Positions 55,510 through 64,000 of a stretch of 64,000 nucleotides of DNA are shown piece by piece; within the stretch, counting starts at the first letter, position 1; each line of letters starts with the position of its first letter. The DNA lies in assembly GCA_963766715.1 (NCBI GenBank), contig CAVYBH010000010.1:32001-96000 (forward strand), written 5' to 3'. This DNA is from an uncultured delta proteobacterium (lineage in GTDB: Bacteria; Myxococcota; Myxococcia; Myxococcales; Anaeromyxobacteraceae). The notes under the pieces were generated by a model that was not told the origin of the DNA, did no database searches, and saw only the letters and a list, made by a program, of their open reading frames with translations. The translations under genes and the position numbers were made by a program.

Positions 55510-56316
55510 TCAGATAACGGCCGGGGGGCCCGGCGCCACGCCGGAAGCTCCACCGGTCGGCTCCGGACCCGGCGACGGTGGGCGGCGAGCCAGTCGCCAC
55601 GCGCCCCAGGCCACCAGGAGGACCGACCCGTACTGCGCGGGCGTGAGACCGGCATACCTCCCGTCGGCGTAGGCGACGTCGCTCGCCCGGAGGAAGTCGA
55701 GCAGGAAGCGGGCGCATCCGTAGAGAACCGCGAGCAGGCCGAGCAGGCGACCCTCGAGCCGCCGCCGGGACCACAGGCGCCAGAGCAACGCCGCGATCGC
55801 GAAGAGGACGATGGCCTCGTACAGGCCCAGGTCGTGCCGCGCCCCGCCCGGGAAGCGAACCGCCAGCGGGAACCCGGTGAGCCGCCCCGGGTGATCGTGC
55901 ACGAGGAAGCAGCCGATGCGCGCCACGCCCCAGCCGGTGGGAACGCCGACCGCGAAGGCGTCGGCGTAGCGCCCGAGCGGGACGTGGCGGATCCGGAAGA
56001 AGAGGGCCGCCGCGGCCACGCCGCCGAGGAGCCCTCCGAACGACGAGAGGCCGTCCCAGAAGGCCAGCACGCGGGCCGGGTCGCGGATCTCCTCGGGGTG
56101 ATAGAGCCCGACGTGCACCAGGTGCCCGACGGCGATGCCGGCCAGCACGCCCCAGATGGCGAAGTCGAGGACGGGTCGGGGGTCGAGCCCGCGGCGGCTC
56201 GCGGCCCACGCGGAGGTCCTCACCCCCACGGCCACTCCGAGGGCGGCCAGGAGGCCGAACGCCTGCAACGTGATCGGCCCGAGATGGAGGGCCGGCGGCT
56301 CGAACCAGGGAATCAC
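55510..56316 (-). CDS. lgt: prolipoprotein diacylglyceryl transferase family protein (atypical Lgt paralog)
   Basis: GLSSFGG, ARIGCF..HDHPG, RHDLGLYE, YG..RF..DFLR. Confidence 0.75.
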   Translation of the reverse strand: MIPWFEPPALHLGPITLQAFGLLAALGVAVGVRTSAWAASRRGLDPRPVLDFAIWGVLAGIAVGHLVHVGLYHPEEIRDPARVLAFWDGLSSFGGLLGGVAAAALFFRIRHVPLGRYADAFAVGVPTGWGVARIGCFLVHDHPGRLTGFPLAVRFPGGARHDLGLYEAIVLFAIAALLWRLWSRRRLEGRLLGLLAVLYGCARFLLDFLRASDVAYADGRYAGLTPAQYGSVLLVAWGAWRLARRPPSPGPEPTGGASGVAPGPPAVI

Positions 56317-56340
56317 CGGGCGGACGTCGCGCCGGTCCCG

Positions 56341-56478
56341 CTAGCGAAGCGCCTGGGCGGTCGCGTAGGACAGCGCGACCAGCGCGGCCGCCGCGAGCAG
56401 GAACATCCAGGAGGCGGGATCGAGCTTCTGTGTGGCCGCCATCGCCACGGCACGGATCTTCGAGGTCGAGCGCTTCAT
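56341..56478 (-). CDS. small single-TM protein (45 aa)
   Basis: MKRSTSKIRAVAMAATQKLDPASWMFLLAAAALVALSYATAQALR. Confidence 0.45.
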   Translation of the reverse strand: MKRSTSKIRAVAMAATQKLDPASWMFLLAAAALVALSYATAQALR

Positions 56479-56591
56479 CCACGGTCTTTCCGGCGTCCCA
56501 CGCTGGGCCACCCTGAGAGGTCCATTATCGGCCTCGGGCGGGGGCGCCAGCCCAAATCGCCCCGGAGCGCCGGTGGACGCCGCGGGACAGG

Positions 56592-57146
56592 CTAGGCCGC
56601 CAGGTCCGCCTCGAGCGCCTGCCGCTGGGCGGGCGTGAGGGCGACCTCCTCGACGAGCCTGGGGTGGTCGGAGCCGATCGCCACCGGGCTCTCCCCGCCG
56701 GTGTCGAACTTGAGGTACTGCACCGACGAGAGCCGCTCCTCTCCCACCTGCCGGGGGTCGAAGGTGGCCTTCACCTTCCGTCCGGACGCGGTCTTCACGT
56801 AGAGGCTGCCGGGAAGCCCCATCCACTCCCGGAGCTTCACCGCCCTGCGCTCGGGGTCGTCGATCTCGATGAGGAGGACCGCTCCCAGCTCCCCCTTCTT
56901 GCCCAGCAGCTCGTTGTAGGTCTCGAGCTCGTGGGCGATGTCCTGCTCCTTCACCATGCGCTCGGCCCGGACCATCTCCTGCACCTGGTAGCGGACGGTG
57001 TCGCGGTTCTCGAACAGGAAGGTGAGGGCGTCGCCCAGGTGGACGCGCCGCGGCGCCTTCACCGCCAGCACCTCGGCCTGGAGCCCGGGGCGGGCCTTCT
57101 CGTAGGCGGTCAGGTCCAGGATCTCCTCGCGGGCCACGGGCCTCAT
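56592..57146 (-). CDS. DUF3501 family protein
   Basis: [37 protein letters not shown]. Context with rubrerythrin. Confidence 0.85.
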   Translation of the reverse strand: MRPVAREEILDLTAYEKARPGLQAEVLAVKAPRRVHLGDALTFLFENRDTVRYQVQEMVRAERMVKEQDIAHELETYNELLGKKGELGAVLLIEIDDPERRAVKLREWMGLPGSLYVKTASGRKVKATFDPRQVGEERLSSVQYLKFDTGGESPVAIGSDHPRLVEEVALTPAQRQALEADLAA

Positions 57147-58507
57147 GTCTTTCCCTTCTCGCCGTCCCGCCCGAAGCCGCCCTCGCGGTAGGCGCGGGCG
57201 AGCACGGTCATCGGGTGGAGCGGGCGGTTCCCTGCGAACTGCTCGAACTGGACGGCGGCCAGCGGGCAGTCGGTGCACCAGACCTCGGCCTCGGCCGCCT
57301 TCATCCCGTCGAAGGCCTTCTGGCCGATGCGGCCGGAGGCGTCGTGCCCCTCCACGGTCATGGCGTAGGTGCCGTCGTGGCCGCAGCACTCCATCACGGT
57401 GGCGGCCACCTCCACGCCCGGGATGCGGCGGAGCAGGTCGCGCCCCTTGAAGCCGACCGCCTGGGCCCGCAGGTGGCAGGGCGCGTGGTAGGCGACGCGG
57501 CCGCCCGGGGGCGTGCTCTTGAAGTCGGCGCTGAAGCGGGGCTCGTTGCGGAGCGACCACAGGTACTCGGAGACGTCCATCACCGCGGGTGCGAGCTTCT
57601 CGGCGCGCTCCCGGTCGGCCCCCTCCAGCAGGTGGGGCCATTCCCGGCGCATCATCATCGAGCAGGTGGGGTTCACCACCAGGACCTTGGCGCCCTTCTC
57701 CACGAAGGGGATGAGGAGATCCAGGTCGTCGTGGGCCTGCCGGCGCAGCTGGGCGAGGTCGCCGTGCTCCCAGACCGGCATGCCGCAGCAGCGCAGCCCC
57801 TTCACCACCCGCACGTCCACGCCGTTCTTGCGCAGCACCTCGAGGGTGTCCTGGCCCAGCTGGGTGTCGTTGTTCTGGACGAAGCAGGTCTGGAAGAGCA
57901 CCGCCTCGCCACCCGGCTCGTCCTTCACCCAGCCGTTCTGCTCGGCCCAGGCGTCGAAGGCCTGCGAGGCGAAGTCGGGGAGCGCGGCGTGGCGGTCGAC
58001 GCCCAGCACCTTCTCCATGACCCAGCGCGCGGGCGCCACCTTGTTCATGGCGTTGGCGAGGCCGAGCGACATGCGGGCCATCTTGCCGGACAGGTCGGGG
58101 TCGCCGAGGAAGCGGTCGCGGAGGCTGCGCTTCTCGCCGCCGGCGCGGAACCGCTGCGCGTCGTGGCGGTGGACGAGCGCCGGGAAGTCGAGCTGGTACG
58201 GGTGCCCGTCGCGCGGCGTGTACGGGCACTGCACCTCGCAGAGCTTGCACTGGAAGCAGTCGTCCATCACCTCCTCGATCTCGGCGGCCTCGAGGCGGTG
58301 GACGTCGTGGTCGCGCTGGTCGAGGAGCTCGAACAGGCGCGGGAAGCTGTCGCAGAACTTGAAGCACATGCGGCAGCCGTTGCAGATGTCGAAGGCGCGC
58401 AGCACCTCGCCCTGGAGCGCCGCCGGATCCCAGTACACCGGCTGCGAAGGATCGTACGACAGCCCGGGGGTCGGGTCGTAGCTGACCTTCTTTCCGGCTT
58501 CGGACAT
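57143..58507 (-). CDS. rubrerythrin-associated Fe-S oxidoreductase (GlpC/HdrD-like, CCG domains)
   Basis: [45 protein letters not shown]. Confidence 0.9.
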   Translation of the reverse strand: MSEAGKKVSYDPTPGLSYDPSQPVYWDPAALQGEVLRAFDICNGCRMCFKFCDSFPRLFELLDQRDHDVHRLEAAEIEEVMDDCFQCKLCEVQCPYTPRDGHPYQLDFPALVHRHDAQRFRAGGEKRSLRDRFLGDPDLSGKMARMSLGLANAMNKVAPARWVMEKVLGVDRHAALPDFASQAFDAWAEQNGWVKDEPGGEAVLFQTCFVQNNDTQLGQDTLEVLRKNGVDVRVVKGLRCCGMPVWEHGDLAQLRRQAHDDLDLLIPFVEKGAKVLVVNPTCSMMMRREWPHLLEGADRERAEKLAPAVMDVSEYLWSLRNEPRFSADFKSTPPGGRVAYHAPCHLRAQAVGFKGRDLLRRIPGVEVAATVMECCGHDGTYAMTVEGHDASGRIGQKAFDGMKAAEAEVWCTDCPLAAVQFEQFAGNRPLHPMTVLARAYREGGFGRDGEKGKT

Positions 58508-58525
58508 GGCGATCCCTCCGGCGAG

Positions 58526-58558
58526 GCGGTCCGGCCCCGACGAGGGGGGCCGGACCGC
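58526..58558 (-). terminator. perfect 13-bp stem-loop between rubrerythrin and Fe-S oxidoreductase
   Basis: GCGGTCCGGCCCC-N7-GGGGCCGGACCGC. No U-tract, so possibly an mRNA stabiliser rather than a terminator. Confidence 0.55.
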
Positions 58559-58573
58559 GATGGTCGCGTCGCG

Positions 58574-58993
58574 TTACTTGATGCTGTCGAGCATCTTCGA
58601 GAACTTGCCGGCGTGGGACTTCTCCGCCTTGGCGAGCGTCTCGAACCAGTCGGCGACCTGCGTGAAGCCCTCCTCGCGCGCGGTCTTCGCGAAGCCCGGG
58701 TACATGTCGGTGTACTCGTGGGTCTCGCCGGCGACGGCCGACTTGAGGTTCGCCACCGAGTCGCCGATGGGGAGATCGGTGGCCGGGTCGCCGACCTGCT
58801 TCAGGTAGTCGAGGTGGCCGAAGGCGTGGCCGGTCTCGCCCTCCGCGGTCTCGCGGAAGTTGCCGGCCACCTCCGGGTAGCCTTCGACGTCGGCGACCTT
58901 CGCGAAGTACATGTAGCGGCGGTTCGCCTGCGACTCGCCGGCGAAGGCGGCCTTGAGGTTTCCGTGCGTCTTGGTGCCCTTGAGCTGTGCCAT
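58574..58993 (-). CDS. rbr: rubrerythrin lacking rubredoxin domain (short, aerobic-type)
   Basis: [35 protein letters not shown]. 139 aa. Confidence 0.93.
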   Translation of the reverse strand: MAQLKGTKTHGNLKAAFAGESQANRRYMYFAKVADVEGYPEVAGNFRETAEGETGHAFGHLDYLKQVGDPATDLPIGDSVANLKSAVAGETHEYTDMYPGFAKTAREEGFTQVADWFETLAKAEKSHAGKFSKMLDSIK

Positions 58994-59143
58994 GTGGACC
59001 TCTCCTTTTCCTGCTCTGACGTCTTCCGATGGGGGCCGCGGTCCGGTCCCGTTATCCCGGTGCCTGGTGAGTGTCGCTCGGAAAGGCGGGGCCGGGGCCG
59101 GACCTTCCGGGGCATGCCATGCCGCCGGCGATCAGTTGGCGCA

Positions 59144-59180
59144 AGACATCGTAGCTATCGATTCGATAGCCGTGGACTAT
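59144..59180. promoter_or_regulatory. OxyR-like binding site upstream of the rubrerythrin operon
   Basis: agac-N7-CTAT-N7-ATAG-N7-CTAT against consensus ATAG-N7-CTAT-N7-ATAG-N7-CTAT. Abuts a TTGCGC -35-like hexamer on the minus strand. Confidence 0.6.
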
Positions 59181-60226
59181 GACTCGGGACGCGCCGCCCG
59201 CTTCAGCCGGGTGGCCAGCTCGCCCAGCGCGCGCGCCTCCCCGGCCACCTCGCGCGTGGAGGCCGAGGTCCGCTCGTAGGCCAGGAAGATGCCGTTCATG
59301 GCGTGCATCACCTGCTCGAAGCCGCTCTCCTGCTGCTGGGCCACGCCGGCGATGTCCCGGGCGGCGCGGGCCGAGTCGGCGAGCGCGCGCGCCAGGTCCC
59401 GCAGCGTGGTCGCCGCGCCCTCGATGATCATGGCCCCCTCGCCGGCGCGCACGCTGCCGGCCTCCGCCGCATCCATCGCACCGGCCATGGCGAGCCGGAC
59501 CTCGTCGAGGATGCCCTTGGCGCGGGCGGCCGCCTCGGCGGTCTCCTCGGCGTGCCCGTCCATCCGCGCGATCAGCGCCGGGAACGCCTCGGGCGCGAGG
59601 ATCCCCCCGTCGGCCTGGGCCTGGGCGCGCGCCATCGCGGAGAGGGTCCGGGACCGCTCGGCGATCTGCGACACCGCGTCGGCCACCTGGAACACGTCCC
59701 GCATGCGCCGTTCCAGCCCGGCGATCAGCTGGGAGAGGGCTTGCACCTCCTCGGCCAGCCGGGTGAGCGCCTCCCGCGACTGCTCCGCGGTGGTGAGCCC
59801 GCGTGCGGCGACCCGCTCGGACTCGAGCGCGAGCCCCACCACGGTCTCCGCGGTGAGGGCCGACGCGGTCGCGGTCTTGGAGAGGCGCTGCATGGTGGCG
59901 CTCGTGTCCCGGACGCCGGCCGCGGTCTCCTCGGTGCTCGAGGTGAGGGATGCGACGGCCCCCACCAGCCCCTTGGCGCGGCGGGCCAGCTCGGCCGAGG
60001 TCTGCTCGGCCTCGTCCCGGCGGACGCGCGCGGACCGCTGCACCGCCAGCCCCTGCTCCTCGATCGCGGAGGCCTGCGTCCCGAGCGCCCAACCCAGCGG
60101 CGCGAGCAGCAGCGGAACCACCGAGAGGAGCCCCAGGACCGGTCCCGACGCGCCCAGGAGCGCGCCTCCGGCCGGGAAGGCCAGCCCGACCAGGAGTCCC
60201 GTCACAGCCAGCGGAATCGGTCGCAT
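59177..60226 (-). CDS. methyl-accepting chemotaxis-like protein with degenerate hairpin tip
   Basis: Two N-terminal TMs and MCP methylation-type helices (SSTEETAA..TSATM, AQQQESG.EQV..AM). Tip consensus missing. Confidence 0.7.
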   Translation of the reverse strand: MRPIPLAVTGLLVGLAFPAGGALLGASGPVLGLLSVVPLLLAPLGWALGTQASAIEEQGLAVQRSARVRRDEAEQTSAELARRAKGLVGAVASLTSSTEETAAGVRDTSATMQRLSKTATASALTAETVVGLALESERVAARGLTTAEQSREALTRLAEEVQALSQLIAGLERRMRDVFQVADAVSQIAERSRTLSAMARAQAQADGGILAPEAFPALIARMDGHAEETAEAAARAKGILDEVRLAMAGAMDAAEAGSVRAGEGAMIIEGAATTLRDLARALADSARAARDIAGVAQQQESGFEQVMHAMNGIFLAYERTSASTREVAGEARALGELATRLKRAARPES

Positions 60227-60337
60227 CGTCCCCCTTCCGTCCGGAAACCCGCTGGGCCCGACCCGCCCGGGTGACGTCCAACCCGGGGGGCTCCCGCCGA
60301 CACCGTGGCCGCGGGTGGGTGGGCTGCCCCCACGAGA

Positions 60338-60529
60338 CTACGGGGTTGCGGGGGCCGCAGCCTTGGGCGCCTTGGCCTCGTGGGCGTCCCATCGCTTCTG
60401 CAGTTCCACGCCGAGATCCTCGAACTTCGGCGTGATGTCCTTCTTGGCCACGGCCTCGAAGCACTGGAGGCACTGGTGGAGGCCCGAGGGGGCCTCGATC
60501 ACCCACTGGATGTGGTGAGGGCAGTTCAT
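60338..60529 (-). CDS. small Cys/His-rich protein (63 aa)
   Basis: MNCPH..(~14)..CLQC. Good GC3 codon usage and an AGAAAG SD-like sequence. Confidence 0.6.
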   Translation of the reverse strand: MNCPHHIQWVIEAPSGLHQCLQCFEAVAKKDITPKFEDLGVELQKRWDAHEAKAPKAAAPATP

Positions 60530-60592
60530 GGAAGCTTTCTAGCGCAGCGGGCCTCCCCGGGGAAGGGCACGCCCCGTGCACCTGTCCCGAGC

Positions 60593-61060
60593 ATGGAGGA
60601 CCTGCGCGTTCCCAAGCGAGCCGTGCCCGTGGAGGTCGTCCTCCCCGGGGGAAGCGCCCGGCGCGTGTCGGTCTTCCTCGGCGAGGGCGCCGCCTCCCAC
60701 CAGGGGCCGGAACGGCTCTCCGACCTCCTGAACGGCGGAGTGCCCTTCATCCCCGCGCAGGACTCGGAGAGCGGCCTCATGACCTTCCTCCACCGCGCCT
60801 CCATCGCGGTGGCCCGCGTCGCGGCCTGCGAGGAGCCCGCCGACGCCTCCTTCACGATCCCCACCGAGCACGAGGTGGAGATCACGCTCACCGACGGCGC
60901 GACGGTGACCGGGCTCGTCGCCTACGTCGCCCCCGAGTCGCACGAGCGCCTCGTCGATTTCCTCAACCGGCCCGAACCCTTCTTCCGGCTCCTGGAGCGG
61001 GATGGCGTGGCTCTCGTCGGCCGGGCCCACGTGGCCCGGGTCGCGCTTCTCCCGAGGTGA
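60593..61060 (+). CDS. hypothetical protein with internal tandem duplication
   Basis: Two halves, VEVVL..G..ERLSDLLN..PFIP and VEITL..G..ERLVDFLN..PFFR. Overlaps the pilT start. Confidence 0.75.
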   Translation: MEDLRVPKRAVPVEVVLPGGSARRVSVFLGEGAASHQGPERLSDLLNGGVPFIPAQDSESGLMTFLHRASIAVARVAACEEPADASFTIPTEHEVEITLTDGATVTGLVAYVAPESHERLVDFLNRPEPFFRLLERDGVALVGRAHVARVALLPR

Positions 61061-62616
61061 GTGACATGGCCCGCCTGGACGCCTTCATCGAGCGACTCGC
61101 CGCGAGCTCCGGCGCCGAGCTGCTGTTCCAGACGTCGCACGGCGCGGTGCTGTCGGGCGGCGGCGCCCAGCGCGTGCTCGTCCGCCAGGCGCTCTCGACG
61201 CCGCAGATCATCGGGGCCTTCGCGGAGATCGTCCCCTCCGAGATGCAGGCGGGCTTCCCGCGCCCGGGCACCACCGTCTTCCCGTACGCCTCGCCGGCCG
61301 GGACCATGGAGGTCCTCTTCGAGGCGCACGGCGACGAGGTCCGCGCCGTGGTCCGACCCGTGTCGGCGGACGCGCCGCCCGCGCCGCGCTCCTCGCCCCC
61401 CGCCCCGAGGCCCGGGACCCCGGCGCCCGGAGTCGAGGCCGTCGCCGCGCCGGTCGAGTCCCCCGCCGCCGATCCGGCCGCCGACGCCGCGGCGACCCCG
61501 GATGCATCGTCCTGCGCGGTCCCCCTCCCCTCCGATCCGCGCGAGGCCATGGACCGCCTCCTCTCCGAGGTCGTGGCCCGGAAGGCCTCCGACCTCCACC
61601 TCTCGAGCGGCAGCCCTCCCTCCTTCCGCATCGACGGCGACATCGTCCCGGCGTCCGAGCTGGGCATCCTCGACGCCGCCCGGCTGGAGTCCTTGCTCTG
61701 GACCCTCGCGCCGCCCAAGAACCGGGCCGAGTTCGAGGAGCGCTCCGACACCGACTTCGCCCACGCCACCGACGAGGCGCGCTTCCGCTTCAACGTCTTC
61801 GCCGACCGGCACGGGATCGGCGCGGTGATGCGCCAGATCCCGGCCAAGATCCGGACCGCCGAGGAGATGGGGCTCCCCCGCTCCATCCTCGACATGTGCT
61901 TCCTCTCGAAGGGGCTCGTGCTCGTCACCGGCCCCACCGGGTCGGGCAAGTCGACGACGCTCGCGTCGATGGTCGACCACGTGAACCGCAACCGGGACGA
62001 CCACATCATCACCATCGAGGACCCGGTGGAGTTCGTCCACGAGAACCAGCGCTGCCTCGTGAACCAGCGCGAGGTGGGGACGCACACCCAGTCGTTCAAG
62101 GCGGCGCTGCGCGCGGCCCTCCGCGAGGACCCCGACATCGTCCTGGTGGGCGAGCTCCGCGACCTGGAGACCATCGCCATCGCCATCGAGACGGCCGAGA
62201 CCGGCCACCTCGTGTTCGGGACGCTCCACACCAACAGCGCCCCGTCCACCGTCGACCGGATCATCGACCAGTTCCCGTCGGACCGGCAGTCGCAGATCCG
62301 CACCATGCTCTCCGAGTCGCTGAAGGCCGTGGTGACCCAGGTGCTCTGCAAGAAGATCGGCGGCGGGCGCGTGGCGGCCATGGAGATCCTGCTCTGCACG
62401 AGCAGCGTCTCGAACCTGATCCGCGAGGGGAAGACGTTCCAGATCCCGTCGGTCATGCAGACCGCCAAGGGGATCGGCATGACGACCCTCAACGACTCGC
62501 TGCTCGACCTGGTGAAGAAGGGGCTGGTCGAGCCCGCCGAGGCGCTGTCCAAGGCGGTCGCCAAGGCCGAGCTGAAGCAGCTCCTCGAGCGCGCCGGCAT
62601 CTCCGTTCCCGCTTGA
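61057..62616 (+). CDS. pilT: PilT/PilU-family type IV pilus retraction ATPase with N-terminal extension
   Basis: ASDLHL, RFRFNVF, GPTGSGKSTT, TIEDPVE, LREDPD..LVGELRD, TGHLVFGTLH, SNLIRE. Confidence 0.92.
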   Translation: MSDMARLDAFIERLAASSGAELLFQTSHGAVLSGGGAQRVLVRQALSTPQIIGAFAEIVPSEMQAGFPRPGTTVFPYASPAGTMEVLFEAHGDEVRAVVRPVSADAPPAPRSSPPAPRPGTPAPGVEAVAAPVESPAADPAADAAATPDASSCAVPLPSDPREAMDRLLSEVVARKASDLHLSSGSPPSFRIDGDIVPASELGILDAARLESLLWTLAPPKNRAEFEERSDTDFAHATDEARFRFNVFADRHGIGAVMRQIPAKIRTAEEMGLPRSILDMCFLSKGLVLVTGPTGSGKSTTLASMVDHVNRNRDDHIITIEDPVEFVHENQRCLVNQREVGTHTQSFKAALRAALREDPDIVLVGELRDLETIAIAIETAETGHLVFGTLHTNSAPSTVDRIIDQFPSDRQSQIRTMLSESLKAVVTQVLCKKIGGGRVAAMEILLCTSSVSNLIREGKTFQIPSVMQTAKGIGMTTLNDSLLDLVKKGLVEPAEALSKAVAKAELKQLLERAGISVPA

Positions 62617-62649
62617 CGCTCCCGGGGATCCAGCCGACGCTGCGCGACC

Positions 62650-64000
62650 ATGGCTCGCGCCCGCGGCCCGTCTCGACGGCCCGCTCCCACATCCAGGACC
62701 CCCGACCTCGCCGCCCGCGCAGCGCCCTGGGCAGGGCTCCTGGTCCTCCTGGCCGCGACCGCGCTGGCCTACGCTCCCTCGCTGCCCGGCCCCTTCGTGC
62801 TCGACGACTGGGGGAGCATCCAGGCCAACATGCGGCTGCGCCGGCCGGACGCCCTCCGCGTCCCGTCGCTGGCGGAGATGCTGAGCATTTCACGGCCGGT
62901 CACCGAGCTCACCTTCGCGGCCGACTACCGCGCCGCGGGGCTCGACCCGGTGCGCTTTCACGCCGTCGGCCTGGGCCTCCACCTGGCCGCGACGCTGCTC
63001 GCCTACGCCTTCCTCGCGTCCCTCCTCCGCCGGGCCGGCCACGCGCGCCCCCGGGGCGTCGCCCTGGTGGTCGCCGGCCTCTTCGCGCTCCACCCGATCC
63101 AGGCCGAGGCCGTCGCCTACGCGGCACAGCGCTCGGAGGTGCTGGCCTCGCTCCTCTACCTGGTCGCGCTCCTCCTCCTCGACCGCTCCGCGGCGGGACG
63201 GGGAGCGGGGCGAGCGGCGGCCGCCTGGACCGGGGGCGCAATCTCGTGGCTGCTCGCCATGGGGGCGAAGTCCATCGCCATCAGCCTTCCGGGCGTCTTC
63301 GTCGTCGATCAGGCGGTGGTGGCGCCCGCCTCGGAGCGGGGCGCCCGGTCCCTGGGGCGGCGGGTGGCGAGGGCCTTCCTCCTCGTCGCGCCCCTGCTCG
63401 CGCTCGCGGCCTGGAGCGCCTCCCTCCACTTCCGTTCGTTCGCGGCGGATCCGGGAGGTGGGGCCGGCTTCGCGGCCACGCCTCTCTCCGCGAGCGCCTA
63501 CTTCCTGACCCAGCTGCGGGTCCAGTGGCTCTATCTCGGGCTCCTCGCCTGGCCGCGCTCCCTCGCCTTCGACCGATCCTTCGAGCCCAGCCTGGGGCCG
63601 GACGGCGCGGTCCTCGTGGCCGGGGCAGGCGTGCTGGCGCTCGTCGCGCTCGCGGGCTGGCTCTGGATCCGGGCCGAGCGGGCGCCGGACGCCCGGCCGA
63701 GCGCGCGCCTCGCGGCCTTCGGCATCCTCTTCTGGTTCGTCGTCCTCTCCCCGACCTCCTCCTTCGTGCCCGTGAACGACCTCGCGGTGGAGCACCGCGT
63801 CTACCTGGCTTCGCTCGGGCCCTTCCTGGCCGTGACCGTCGGGGCCGACGCCCTCCTTCGCCGCCTGCTCCCCGGTCGACGGGCGGCCGTCGCCGGCGCC
63901 GCGGTCGCCTCGCTGGTCCTGCTCTCCCTGGGGCTCGCGCTGGCCTCCCGGGCCCGGGTGTGGGGCTCGGAGGAGGCGCTCTGGCGCGAGGCCGCGACGA
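62650..64000 (+). CDS. TMTC-like GT-C membrane glycosyltransferase (probably TPR-containing), truncated by window end
   Basis: Open frame from ATG 62650 to the window end (absent from the ORF track): FVLDD, SRPVT..TFA, LFALHPIQAEAVAY..QRSEVL, LAWP..L.FD, VEHRVYL, VWGSEEALW. Confidence 0.8.
   Translation, partial: MARARGPSRRPAPTSRTPDLAARAAPWAGLLVLLAATALAYAPSLPGPFVLDDWGSIQANMRLRRPDALRVPSLAEMLSISRPVTELTFAADYRAAGLDPVRFHAVGLGLHLAATLLAYAFLASLLRRAGHARPRGVALVVAGLFALHPIQAEAVAYAAQRSEVLASLLYLVALLLLDRSAAGRGAGRAAAAWTGGAISWLLAMGAKSIAISLPGVFVVDQAVVAPASERGARSLGRRVARAFLLVAPLLALAAWSASLHFRSFAADPGGGAGFAATPLSASAYFLTQLRVQWLYLGLLAWPRSLAFDRSFEPSLGPDGAVLVAGAGVLALVALAGWLWIRAERAPDARPSARLAAFGILFWFVVLSPTSSFVPVNDLAVEHRVYLASLGPFLAVTVGADALLRRLLPGRRAAVAGAAVASLVLLSLGLALASRARVWGSEEALWREAAT

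Overview
High-GC (visually about 70-75%) chromosomal region whose gene content and gene order look like an Anaeromyxobacter-type myxobacterium (taxonomy is inference). Many conserved genes are broken by single-base frameshifts, most likely long-read assembly errors. In order, the window holds: an OmpR regulator, ABC-F, a DEAD-box helicase, an OFA-type MFS transporter and gltBD; an Ig-repeat lipoprotein and a minimal polysaccharide-export cassette (two divergent Walker-less BY-kinase-like genes, short OPX, beta-barrel, priming transferase); rmuC; an 18-kb respiratory island (monoheme cyt c, a DsrP/DsrO-like pair with a tetraheme cyt c behind an FNR-type box, an NtrC-like protein with degenerate catalytic motifs, a macrodomain, a caa3 A2-type oxidase and actABCDEFG alternative complex III, facing an ECF sigma factor fused to a zinc anti-sigma domain); aat, S9 peptidase, SDR, clpS-clpA and hrpB; sucAB with an aromatic amino acid decarboxylase; an atypical Lgt; a rubrerythrin/Fe-S oxidoreductase/DUF3501 operon behind an OxyR-like box; an MCP with a degenerate signalling tip; an N-terminally extended PilT; and a TMTC-like GT-C protein. 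No rRNA, tRNA, CRISPR or mobile element was seen. The best novelty candidates are the pseudo-signalling proteins (pseudo-bEBP, twin BY pseudokinases, pseudo-MCP), the orphan DsrJOP-like module and the sigma-ZAS fusion. All family assignments are from motif recognition by eye; no database searches were run.
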